Source: Desulfobaccales bacterium
Lineage (GTDB): Bacteria; Desulfobacterota; Desulfobaccia; Desulfobaccales; 0-14-0-80-60-11
DNA: 26,732 nucleotides
Reading direction: 5' to 3'
Assembly: GCA_049288295.1 (NCBI GenBank)
Contig: JBAQHL010000039.1
Location: forward strand, 1-26,732
Below, one piece after another: positions 1-7,968 of the stretch. A model generated the notes under the pieces. The model saw only the letters and a program-made list of their open reading frames with translations. It had not been told where the DNA came from and searched no databases. A program made the translations under genes and the position numbers. The stretch's first letter is position 1. Every line of letters begins with the position of its first letter.

Positions 1-49
1 GCCTTGAGCCTCCCGGCATACAAACCCTGGTTGTCCGGAGTATTTTAGC

Positions 50-78
50 TTGCCGAACTAGGCAATAATTGCCGGCAA
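50..78. promoter_or_regulatory. Candidate enhancer (bEBP upstream activator sequence): four alternating TTGCC/GGCAA half-sites
   Basis: TTGCC 50-54, GGCAA 61-65, TTGCC 69-73, GGCAA 74-78; 50-80 nt upstream of a sigma54 promoter, with an AT-rich, IHF-like tract (TAACAAGATGTTA) in between. Confidence 0.5.
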
Positions 79-127
79 TTTATGGTTTATATCGATTATT
101 TCTATAAATAACAAGATGTTAGCTGGA

Positions 128-143
128 TGGCACTGATCTTGCT
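128..143 (+). promoter_or_regulatory. sigma54 (-24/-12) promoter
   Basis: TGGCAC-TGATC-TTGCT matches the TGGCAC-N5-TTGCW consensus exactly. Confidence 0.8.
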
Positions 144-177
144 GATGACGAGAGCATATCAGAAAAGGAGGCAAGTC

Positions 178-504
178 GTGGAGATTTCCAGCCACTACCC
201 TTATTACACCGCAAAATTGGCGCCGGAACCGGAAGGCCAGACTCCCGTCGCACCAAAGAATGCAAGCGATCCGGAAGTCAATAATGGGGAGATGGTTACT
301 CTGGAAGATCGCTTAGAGTTGGTTCGCACCCAAAATTTGGCCTCTCCTCCGCAGGAGCCGGTGGGTCTGGCCCAAGCCGCTGACCTTCTGCGGCAAGTCA
401 AAGACCAGATGAATGCCCTGGGGAAAGAAGAGGCCAAGGATCTTTACCAATTCGACCGGTTGCGGAACCTGCTGTACCAGGTCGCCAATCCCAATGGGTT
501 GTAA
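178..504 (+). CDS. Hypothetical protein (108 aa)
   Basis: Within ORF 127..504; GTG at 178 follows AAGGAGG and lies downstream of the sigma54 promoter, which overlaps the ATG at 127. Confidence 0.7.
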   Translation: MEISSHYPYYTAKLAPEPEGQTPVAPKNASDPEVNNGEMVTLEDRLELVRTQNLASPPQEPVGLAQAADLLRQVKDQMNALGKEEAKDLYQFDRLRNLLYQVANPNGL

Positions 505-596
505 TGTTTACAGGGAAGAAGTCTTCCTTGGATCAAGTTCTTCATTGGGCAGAGGTTGCTGGCTGGCAACCAGGAAAAACTGAGTGGGGAGGGGTC

Positions 597-674
597 ATGG
601 AACTTTTAATAATTCTCTATTTTATGTTCATCTGTTTCTGGTGGAGCGGTCTCCGGGAAAGTGAGGTGGTTTAA
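597..674 (+). CDS. Putative 25-aa hydrophobic microprotein MELLIILYFMFICFWWSGLRESEVV
   Basis: Hand-translated; G-rich SD (GGGGAGGGG) just upstream; one hydrophobic stretch; below the ORF-track size cutoff. Confidence 0.4.
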   Translation: MELLIILYFMFICFWWSGLRESEVV

Positions 675-870
675 CTTAACTGAATAATTGTCGATTACTG
701 GAAAGAGGATTAGGATTAGGTGGAACACCAATCTTTTCCCCCTTAGAGCGGTGATAATTGAAGATGGGGCACCTGCCAACTCGAGGAAAAGACAGACTCA
801 TACTATGGTCAGCTTGAGGGGCAACCCCTCCTATTGACAGAAAACTAAAAACCGAAAGCGGTATGCGCGT

Positions 871-1302
871 ATGAAAATTGAAGATCTGGTTTTATTGCCG
901 GTAACCCCAGCTGCTTCTGCGGTTTCCCAGGTAGACCGGGGCCGATTTGCCGAGTGCCTTGAGGAGGCGGTGGACCTGAGGCAGAAGGCAGGAGGCCCCC
1001 AGGCCTTGGGAGGTCCTGCCCCCCTGGCCGGGGTGGACCAGGCGGAGCCGACGGGAGCCGCCCAGGAAATGGTGGAAACGGTATTGTCCCGCCTGGAAAT
1101 ATTCCAGGAAGCGCTGTCACGTCCGGGTCTGAGCCTGAAAAACCTCTATCCCCTGGCCCAGGCCCTGGAAAAAGACAGTCAGCACCTCAACTCTCTGGCC
1201 CAATCTTTGCCAACGGATTCCTCGTTGCGCCCCCTTGTGGAGGAAACCGCAGCCCTGACCTGGACCGAGAGCTGTAAATTAACCCGGGGAGACTATTCCT
1301 GA
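871..1302 (+). CDS. Hypothetical protein (143 aa), probably helical
   Basis: Open ORF with GC-rich coding-like codon use; C-terminus KLTRGDYS; overlaps the convergent gene by 10 nt. Confidence 0.75.
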   Translation: MKIEDLVLLPVTPAASAVSQVDRGRFAECLEEAVDLRQKAGGPQALGGPAPLAGVDQAEPTGAAQEMVETVLSRLEIFQEALSRPGLSLKNLYPLAQALEKDSQHLNSLAQSLPTDSSLRPLVEETAALTWTESCKLTRGDYS

Positions 1303-1832
1303 AACTTAATGGGAAAGGTCTTGTCCAGATAGGATCGCCCATCCGCCAACAGGTAGACCTGGACCTTGAGTTCGGTGGGGGAGATGTGCAGGAGGGCGAA
1401 ACTGGGAGGTGAGCCGCGGTCGGTCCGGTCCCGGAGATGTCCGGGGTTAATCCAGATTACCCCTTGTCGCTCAGAAACTACCGGGGTGTGACTGTGCCCG
1501 AAAAGCACGGCATCAACCGCGTAGCAAGCCATTTCCGGATCCAAATCTTCAGGGTCGTCATAACTTGAACGGGTCTCTGTGTGGCTGAGGAGAAACTTCA
1601 ATCCGCCTAATTCCACTATCTGCCGATTGGGGATGGTGGGGTCCAGATACTCCGGACAGTAAAGGCCCGGCACGCCGAGAACCTCAAGGCCGGTCTGGGC
1701 CAGGGTCCCAATGTCCCGGTAGTCGTCCCCCAGGTGGAGCAGGGTCTGGATTCCCATAGACTTTAACCTCTCGGCCAACAACAGCATCCCCTCCCGGTTC
1801 CCATGTGTGTCGCTAACCACCCCCATAATCAT
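1293..1832 (-). CDS. YfcE/MJ0936-like metallophosphoesterase (calcineurin-like)
   Basis: Motifs VVSDTHGN, HLGD, LSH, FGHSH, INPG; start moved to ATG 1832 after GAGGGAGGG SD. Confidence 0.9.
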   Translation of the reverse strand: MIMGVVSDTHGNREGMLLLAERLKSMGIQTLLHLGDDYRDIGTLAQTGLEVLGVPGLYCPEYLDPTIPNRQIVELGGLKFLLSHTETRSSYDDPEDLDPEMACYAVDAVLFGHSHTPVVSERQGVIWINPGHLRDRTDRGSPPSFALLHISPTELKVQVYLLADGRSYLDKTFPIKFQE

Positions 1833-1910
1833 ACCGCCCTCCCTCTTTTGCAAAACAGGCAAAGTCATTGTTTTTCGGTAGTAAAGATATCGTTTTCTCC
1901 TCGAAGGGGA

Positions 1911-2033
1911 GCACACTGCGAAATTCACCCCGAACACCGCCCCCGGCTAATTTTACAGGCGAGGGCGCCTGCTCTACAATATATTGATTATATACAAGAA
2001 TTTTTCGATAGCTGGGGGATTCCCGCAGAGGTC
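1911..2033. mobile_element. Degenerate MITE copy A (homolog of 17771-17895)
   Basis: Shares CTGCGAAA, CCGCCCCCGGCT, AGGGCGCCT-CTCT-CAATATATTG and the right end GCAGAGGTC with copy B, in the same order and similar spacing. Confidence 0.65.
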
Positions 2034-2099
2034 TCCGGGTTGACCTGCTGCGGTCTGTTGTTAATGCTGTGTTTCTTGAGAGCGTATTGCCGGGCGGCG

Positions 2100-2131
2100 C
2101 TCCCTCTCCATCCGTTTGCGGGGGGAGAGGT
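2100..2131. repeat. REP-like palindrome CCTCTCC...GGAGAGG
   Basis: Visible inverted repeat in intergenic DNA. Confidence 0.4.
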
Positions 2132-2347
2132 GATTTAATCGTTTTATTGGCTGGGTACTGCAATTATATAAGTTCAGGCTCAGAATTCCTCATAAAAATC
2201 ATTTCGCTGGCACCGGGCAGCACTGAGGTAAAGGAAATAACTTCCCGGAAATATGAGAATTTTTCAGGGAAAGCAAACTCCTATTTTACAGACGGCAGAG
2301 CACATGGCATAATAATGTTCATATTTTATGAACTGAGGATAAGAAAT

Positions 2348-2764
2348 ATGCCTGAGTGCATTTTTTGCCGTATCGCCGCCGGCAAGGCTCCAGCAGCCAA
2401 GGTTCTGGAGACTCCACGTATCCTGGCCTTTCTGGATATAGCCCCGGTCCATTATGGCCATACCCTGATAATTCCCAAGGAGCATTACGAGACTTTCCTG
2501 GACCTGCCTGACGAGTTGTGGCTGGAAATGGGGCAGGTTTCCAGGCGGGTGGCCCAGGCTTTGCGCCAGGTTTTTTTCGCCCGGGGGTTTAATGTCACCA
2601 TGAATAATTTCGACGCCGCCGGCCAGGTAGTTTTCCATGCCCACCTGCATGTTATTCCCCGGTTCCTGAGCGATGGGCTCCACCTCTTTCCCCAGGGCAG
2701 CTATCTCCCGGGAGACATGGAGCGAGTGGGGCAGCAATTACGACAGGCAGTGGCGGGCGGCTAA
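2348..2764 (+). CDS. HIT family (histidine triad) nucleotide hydrolase
   Basis: MPECIFCRI N-terminus, GHTLIIPKEH, GQVVFHAHLHVIPR triad; start at ATG 2348 after GAGG. Confidence 0.95.
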   Translation: MPECIFCRIAAGKAPAAKVLETPRILAFLDIAPVHYGHTLIIPKEHYETFLDLPDELWLEMGQVSRRVAQALRQVFFARGFNVTMNNFDAAGQVVFHAHLHVIPRFLSDGLHLFPQGSYLPGDMERVGQQLRQAVAGG

Positions 2765-2979
2765 ACAATTAGGTTGAAATGAACAAGAGATCAAACATTT
2801 TCAAAATCGGCAAAGTTGCATCTTAAGCGTGCATGGATTTACGATTTTTCCAGCCCGTGGGAACTTCCACCCCTTGTCCTACCTTAACTTGTTTAACCCC
2901 TGTTCTTACCCCCTATTTTAGGAAAATTTTTACCCTCCTTCATTTGCCTCTTCCCTGAGGGAAGTAAACGAGGGAAATG

Positions 2980-3013
2980 AAAAAAAAACCCTTGAAACAG
3001 ACATGTTCAAGGG
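2980..3013 (-). terminator. Intrinsic terminator on the minus strand
   Basis: CCCTTGAA/TTCAAGGG 8-bp stem (2989-3013) followed by 9 T on the minus strand. Confidence 0.7.
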
Positions 3014-3088
3014 AGGCTGTCAGCGTGCCTTAATATTTTTGAAAAACAGTCTTCGGAGTTCTAACTTGTTCCCCTAGCATTTCTCCTT

Positions 3089-3116
3089 AGTGTAAGACTT
3101 TTCACAAGTCAGTCAA
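3089..3116 (-). promoter_or_regulatory. sigma70-like promoter overlapped by a Rex-like box
   Basis: Minus strand TTGACT-N16-TACACT; TTGTGAAAAGTCTTACAC (3090-3107) versus Rex consensus TTGTGAA-N4-TTCACAA. Confidence 0.45.
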
Positions 3117-3255
3117 TATGTACATAATTTTTTCCATAGAGCATTCTCTCAAAAACTATCTCTTCGTGGGACATTGCTCACTTACTATGACAGCATCTTA
3201 TTGAATTACCTTAATAAAATGCGATATGCATTTAATGTCTTGCGGGGAGGCGTGG

Positions 3256-4104
3256 TTACCTTGTCCTTCCCGCTTCAGCGGCCAGGCAGTTCATGAGAAA
3301 GGCACTGTTTTCTTGAGATGGCGGCAGGGGGCACCCCTCCAGCAAGGACACGGGCATGAGCCCCATGAGGGAATTGGCCAGCCAGAGGCCGTCCACCTTC
3401 GGAAGGTCTTCAACTTGCACAGACTTTCGTTCCAAATTTTTCCCCTGGCGCGCCAAGGCCCGGGCCAGGACTGCCACGGTTATTCCCGGCAGGGCGCTGG
3501 ACGCCTCTGGGGTAAAAAAACGGCCGGACCGGGCGAAAATCAAACTGGTGGCCGCGCCTTCGGAAATCAGGCAGTCCGCCTCTAAAATCAGGGCCTCCCG
3601 GGCACCCTGGTCCAAGGCGTACTGCCGGGCCGCCAGGTAAAAGAGATAATTCAGGCTCTTGTGACGGCCGATAAAGGTGGTGCGCCTCTCCGGAAAAATC
3701 ACCACCGGCCAGCCGGCCTGATATTCTGCCGGGGTTGGCAGTTGGTAGGGGCGGGCCCACATGATCAGGGTAGGGGAGGGCGATGAGGGCAGCCCCAAAC
3801 CGGCGGCTTGCCCCCGGGTCAGAAGAATTTTCACTGCAGCCGTCCCTGCCTGCAATTCATTGGCCGCCAACAGTTTGGCAAGCCTTTCTTCCCAGGGAAC
3901 CCGGGCGGGGAAGGTGAGGCGGAAAGCCTGGGCTGAAGCTTCCAGGCGCTCCAGATGCTCTTGCCAAAACAGGGGACGCCCATTTTCGACCCTGAGGGTC
4001 TCGAAAAAACCGTCCCCGTAGAGAAAACCCCGGTCGTCCACTGACACCAGGGCCTCCTCCTGGGGTGTTAACTCATCACGTATCCAGACAAAAGCGCGTG
4101 GCAT
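3256..4104 (-). CDS. pabC: Class IV aminotransferase-fold protein, probable aminodeoxychorismate lyase
   Basis: DRGFLYGDGFFETLR, HLERL, HKSLNY, EGA, LPGIT; follows pabB; ATG 4104 overlaps the pabB end. Confidence 0.85.
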   Translation of the reverse strand: MPRAFVWIRDELTPQEEALVSVDDRGFLYGDGFFETLRVENGRPLFWQEHLERLEASAQAFRLTFPARVPWEERLAKLLAANELQAGTAAVKILLTRGQAAGLGLPSSPSPTLIMWARPYQLPTPAEYQAGWPVVIFPERRTTFIGRHKSLNYLFYLAARQYALDQGAREALILEADCLISEGAATSLIFARSGRFFTPEASSALPGITVAVLARALARQGKNLERKSVQVEDLPKVDGLWLANSLMGLMPVSLLEGCPLPPSQENSAFLMNCLAAEAGRTR

Positions 4105-5551
4105 GTTCTGCCGGTCCTGCTGAGGAAAGGGCCATCCCAGTTCCTTCGGCCCCCCCAAGGGTGTCGGGCTCGCCCTCGATGAGCCGGAACAAGGTGCGGC
4201 CCTTATGGAGGGTTTCCTCGTATTCGGCGTCCTCGTCAGAGTCATACACCACGCCGCCGCCCACGGAGAAGTGCCCCCAGCCGTCGGCCACCACCGCGGT
4301 GCGAATGGCCACGTTCAGGTCCAGGTTGCGATGCAGACCCAGGTAGCCGATGGCTCCCGTATAGACATGGCGGACCTGGGGTTCCAACTCGTCGATAATT
4401 TCCATGGCCCGGATTTTGGGGCAGCCGGTGATGGAGCCCCCCGGAAAGGTGGCCCGCAGAAGGTCTCCGTGGCTGGTGCCTTTTTCCAGCAGGCCTGTAA
4501 CGATGGACACCAGATGGTAGACATTCTGGTAGGCTTCCAGGCGCTTATGCTCCGTGACCTTGACCGTGCGGGCCCGGCAAACCTTGCCCAGGTCGTTTCT
4601 CAGCAGGTCCACGATCATGGAGAGTTCGGCGTCGTCTTTGGCGCTGGACACCAACTCCTGCCGGTAGGCCTCGTCCTCCTCGGGGGTCTGGCCCCGGGGC
4701 CGGGTGCCCTTGATGGGCCGGGTTTCCAGAAAATCCTCCTGACGCAGCAGGAAGCGCTCCATGGAAGTGGAGAAAATAACAAAATCCCCACAGTTCAGAT
4801 AGGCGTAAAAAGGAGCCGGGTTCAGGGCAAACAACCGGCGAAAGAGCACATAGGGGTCCCCCTCCAGGGGGAAGGAGAAGCGCTGGGAAAGATTGACCTG
4901 ATAAACGTCGCCGTTCCGGATGTATTCTTTGATGCGGCTTACGGAACGGAGGTAGTTCTCCCTGGTGAAATTGCTCTGTAAGCGGCCGACCCGGAACCCC
5001 CCGATTTCATCAAGAAGAGGCGGAGCCGATTCAGCCGGGCTTTTCCACACCCGCCCCCGGGGATCCTCCCAAACAACTTCAAGGGCCCAGAACTTAGCGG
5101 CCAGGCGATCGTGCACCACCAGGCGCCGGGGAAAGGCAAAAACCAGATCCGGGAGGCCCAAATCATCCTGGGCCGTGGTGGGCAGGCGTTCCAGGTGATT
5201 TTTCAGATCATAGGAAAAAAATCCCAGCCCCCCGGCGGCGAAGGGCTTAAGGGGCAGGGAGTCTTTTATCTCCAGGGAAGACAAAAGATCATCAAGCACC
5301 TCGAGGGGGGTCCCTACTAACTCGATTGACTCTGGGCCCCGGGTAATCCTGACCCTTTTGCCCTTGGACCGGATGATGAGAAAAGGGTCCCAGCCCATGA
5401 GGGAATGGGAGGCGCAGTCCAGGCCGCCGCCACTCAACAGGAGCATGGCATGGGGCAGCCGCCGGTAAGGCGCAAAGACTTCGGCCAGGTCAGCTTCCCC
5501 GCGGGGTGGCTCGAAGGGCCGCACAATAATGTCTGCAATCCGACCAAACAT
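4076..5551 (-). CDS. pabB: Aminodeoxychorismate synthase component I
   Basis: GDVYQVNLSQRF, PIKGTRPRG (PabB-type PIKGT), MIVDLLRNDLG, FPGGSITGCPKIRAMEII. Confidence 0.92.
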   Translation of the reverse strand: MFGRIADIIVRPFEPPRGEADLAEVFAPYRRLPHAMLLLSGGGLDCASHSLMGWDPFLIIRSKGKRVRITRGPESIELVGTPLEVLDDLLSSLEIKDSLPLKPFAAGGLGFFSYDLKNHLERLPTTAQDDLGLPDLVFAFPRRLVVHDRLAAKFWALEVVWEDPRGRVWKSPAESAPPLLDEIGGFRVGRLQSNFTRENYLRSVSRIKEYIRNGDVYQVNLSQRFSFPLEGDPYVLFRRLFALNPAPFYAYLNCGDFVIFSTSMERFLLRQEDFLETRPIKGTRPRGQTPEEDEAYRQELVSSAKDDAELSMIVDLLRNDLGKVCRARTVKVTEHKRLEAYQNVYHLVSIVTGLLEKGTSHGDLLRATFPGGSITGCPKIRAMEIIDELEPQVRHVYTGAIGYLGLHRNLDLNVAIRTAVVADGWGHFSVGGGVVYDSDEDAEYEETLHKGRTLFRLIEGEPDTLGGAEGTGMALSSAGPAEHATRFCLDT

Positions 5552-5631
5552 GTATTTTCCGTTGAGAATTTCAAGGAAGGCCAGGGACCGCAGCTGTCCG
5601 GATCACCCCCAACTCTCCTCTATTTCTTAAA

Positions 5632-6246
5632 TTAACCTGGAGCACAGGAATCTTGCCTGGGCAACACAGGCTGGAAGCCTGTGCTCCCAAGTCTTAGAAA
5701 ATTTGCCGCCAGCTCATAACCAAAACTGGTGAGAAAGGATTCCGGGTGAAATTGGACCCCGTGGAGGGGGTAATGCCGATGGCTCAGTCCCATGATCACG
5801 CCGTCGTCGGCCCAGGCCGTGACCTCCAATTCCCCGGAAGCCGGGACGGCTACCAGGGAATGATAGCGGGCCGCCTGGAATGGAGAGGGCAGCCCCTTAA
5901 AAATTCCCCTTCCCTGGTGATGAACCGCCGAGCACTTGCCATGCATGGGCAGCGGCGCCCGGGCCGTAACCCCGCCCCACACTTCATTGATGGCCTGGTG
6001 TCCCAGACAGACGCCCAGGATGGGAATATCCCGGTGGAAGTGGGCGATGACCTCCTTGCTGATGCCGGCCTGGGCCGGGGCCTTGGGTCCCGGGGAGATA
6101 CAGAGCCAGCGGGGACGCAGGGCCTCAATCTCGCGGAGTCCCACGGCGTCATGGCGAAAAACCAGCACTTCCAGGTCAAACTCATAAAAAAGCTGGACCA
6201 GGTTATAGGTAAAGGAATCGTAGTTGTCGATCATCACCAGGCGCAT
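5632..6246 (-). CDS. pabA: Aminodeoxychorismate/anthranilate synthase component II (glutamine amidotransferase)
   Basis: MIDNYDSFTYNL, SPGP, GVCLGHQ, RYHSL, GVQFHPES; start at ATG 6246 after GGGAG. Confidence 0.93.
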   Translation of the reverse strand: MRLVMIDNYDSFTYNLVQLFYEFDLEVLVFRHDAVGLREIEALRPRWLCISPGPKAPAQAGISKEVIAHFHRDIPILGVCLGHQAINEVWGGVTARAPLPMHGKCSAVHHQGRGIFKGLPSPFQAARYHSLVAVPASGELEVTAWADDGVIMGLSHRHYPLHGVQFHPESFLTSFGYELAANFLRLGSTGFQPVLPRQDSCAPG

Positions 6247-6263
6247 GCCATCTCCCATAAAAC

Positions 6264-6296
6264 AAAAAAAGGCCACCCAGGGAGTCTGGGTGGCCT
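6264..6296 (-). terminator. Intrinsic terminator in the pabA leader
   Basis: 11-bp stem AGGCCACCCAG/CTGGGTGGCCT with a T-tract on the minus strand, directly before the pabA SD. Confidence 0.75.
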
Positions 6297-6326
6297 CGCA
6301 GGGCCTGACATAACTCTTAGTGCTAG

Positions 6327-6355
6327 TTTTTAACCAGGGGTGCTCAGTATGTCAA
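6327..6355 (-). promoter_or_regulatory. sigma70-like promoter for the pab operon
   Basis: TTGACA-N17-TAAAAA on the minus strand; perfect -35, imperfect -10. Confidence 0.45.
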
Positions 6356-6382
6356 GAGTTTTCCGGAGGTGCAGGCAAGCCC

Positions 6383-6736
6383 TTATGGGGATTCTGCCTC
6401 GGGATGCAAGCGCACAAAGTAAATGGTGCCGAAGGCGTTGCCACCCACCCGGTGATTTAAGGCGCTGTATTGGGCAATAAAACCTTCCTCAAAGTCGGGC
6501 CCGGGGGCTAAGGTTATGGCCCGGTCCCAGTCGCCGCCGCAGGCCTGCACCACGGCTTGCAACAGAACGGCGCCGCCGTTTCTGGCGGTGGGATCCAGGG
6601 CATAGTGAGCCCCGCAGGCACAACTGCCTCCGTCATACTCATGCCACAGACCATCCAGCGGCGCCGGCGGCTCGATGCGCTGGCGGCAGAAGGGGCAGAA
6701 AGGCGGCTTGAGGCGATCTCGATTTGGATTGAGCAA
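6383..6736 (-). CDS. Hypothetical Cys-rich, probably Zn-binding protein (117 aa)
   Basis: CPFC and CACG motifs; TTG start preceded by GGAGGG. Confidence 0.8.
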   Translation of the reverse strand: MLNPNRDRLKPPFCPFCRQRIEPPAPLDGLWHEYDGGSCACGAHYALDPTARNGGAVLLQAVVQACGGDWDRAITLAPGPDFEEGFIAQYSALNHRVGGNAFGTIYFVRLHPEAESP

Positions 6737-6872
6737 AGCGATTCCTCCCTTGTGGGCGGAAAAGGGCGACTCCGGATTGATGGCCCTCCCCCTTTTCCTG
6801 AGGGTTGGTCAAATTACCAACCTGCAAAATTATCGCAAGTTTTTTCCTGGGTGGCAATTCTTCCTCTTCCTA

Positions 6873-6901
6873 TTGACACCCTTTTTTGTGATAGTTACAT
6901 T
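6873..6901 (+). promoter_or_regulatory. sigma70-like promoter for the microprotein operon
   Basis: TTGACA-N17-TACATT, 30 nt before ATG 6932. Confidence 0.6.
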
Positions 6902-6931
6902 GGTGGTAGTTCAGCGGAAAGGAGAATTCCT

Positions 6932-7090
6932 ATGGCCAAAGTGACCTTTACTTTTTCAGACGCGGATCAGCAGCAGATTGAGGCCATCATCATTGATAAA
7001 GATCAGGATGAAGCCCTCAAATACGTTTCAAACCTTTTGGATAGGATTAAGGAACACCCCGGCCACGCCTGCGGGCCGAAAGTGGTGTAA
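6932..7090 (+). CDS. 52-aa microprotein A with C-terminal HPGHACG
   Basis: AAGGAG SD; C-terminal part of ORF 6557..7090; 26/52 identical to the adjacent paralog. Confidence 0.85.
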   Translation: MAKVTFTFSDADQQQIEAIIIDKDQDEALKYVSNLLDRIKEHPGHACGPKVV

Positions 7091-7134
7091 CCGGGACCGG
7101 CGTTCATCGGCATTCTGCGCAGAGGAGAAAAACC

Positions 7135-7296
7135 ATGGCGGACAAGCAGATTGTATTTGAGGATCAGGACCAGCAGTACATCGAAGGCATTGCCATCGAC
7201 CGTGACAAGGAAGTGGCCTTCAAGTTTCTGACTCAGTTGGTAGAGCGTTTCAAAAGTCACCCGGGCCACGCCTGCGGCTTCAAGGGTTTTAAGTAA
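7135..7296 (+). CDS. 53-aa microprotein B MADKQIVFEDQDQQYIEGIAIDRDKEVAFKFLTQLVERFKSHPGHACGFKGFK
   Basis: Hand-translated, absent from the ORF track; GAGGAG SD; ungapped paralog of 6932..7090. Confidence 0.85.
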   Translation: MADKQIVFEDQDQQYIEGIAIDRDKEVAFKFLTQLVERFKSHPGHACGFKGFK

Positions 7297-7332
7297 ACCC
7301 ACCCTGACGTTAGCCAGATTTTCGGAGGAGGC

Positions 7333-7965
7333 ATGGGGAGGCTGGCCCTGGTGGCTGATACCCATACGTACCAGGATGGCCTCCCTGGCCTTTTTCGCTT
7401 TTTCGAACGGCACCACATCACTTGCTTAGCCTGCCTGGGAGATTGCCCGCCGGAGCCTTTCCTTCTCTGGCTGGAGAATAATCCCCGGCGCCGGTTGTTT
7501 TGGGTCTACGACTTCCACGGCCCCGACATGCCTGAAGCAACTCGGAGCGCCATGGCCCTGGAGCTTAAGGGTCAGGTCTTTCTGGCCCACACCCGGGCCC
7601 TCCTCTGGACCCACTTCAAGGATCAAATTCACGCCTATCTGCATGGCGGGAAAAGCGGGCGTCCGCCCATGCTGCTTTGCCACGGGCACACCCATGTCCC
7701 CAGCCTGACCCTGTTTCGGCCTCCCGCCAGCCCCCTCCTGTATATCAACGACGCCCTGCGCCCCCAGGAGTTTCGGCCGCGCCAGGCCTGTGTGCCCCTG
7801 GAGCCGGACAGTATTTATCTCATTGTCCCGGGGGCCTTTACCATGGAGGAAAAGCGCTACCCCACCTTCAGCTTTGCCGTGGTGGACCAGGAAATCCCAC
7901 GGGTCGCCATGGTTTCTTTACGGGACCTGGCGCCCCTGGAGACGCTCCAGCTTTTTAGTGATTGA
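7333..7965 (+). CDS. Atypical calcineurin-like metallophosphoesterase
   Basis: VADTH, CLGD, LAH and HGHTH present; canonical GNH(D/E) replaced by YDFH; GGAGGAGG SD. Confidence 0.8.
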   Translation: MGRLALVADTHTYQDGLPGLFRFFERHHITCLACLGDCPPEPFLLWLENNPRRRLFWVYDFHGPDMPEATRSAMALELKGQVFLAHTRALLWTHFKDQIHAYLHGGKSGRPPMLLCHGHTHVPSLTLFRPPASPLLYINDALRPQEFRPRQACVPLEPDSIYLIVPGAFTMEEKRYPTFSFAVVDQEIPRVAMVSLRDLAPLETLQLFSD

Positions 7966-7968
7966 GGT

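Noticed and set aside
812..870. c-di-GMP-I riboswitch-like GGCAA...GAAA
   Set aside because: Lacks the paired P2/P3 stems and the GCAAA junction
6320..6345. preQ1-I riboswitch-like tail CCCTGGTTAAAAACTAG
   Set aside because: No matching 5' stem strand or loop consensus; better explained as the promoter -10 region
6557..6931. N-terminal extension of the 177-aa ORF 6557..7090
   Set aside because: Overlaps an opposite-strand gene and a promoter; SD and paralog alignment place the start at 6932
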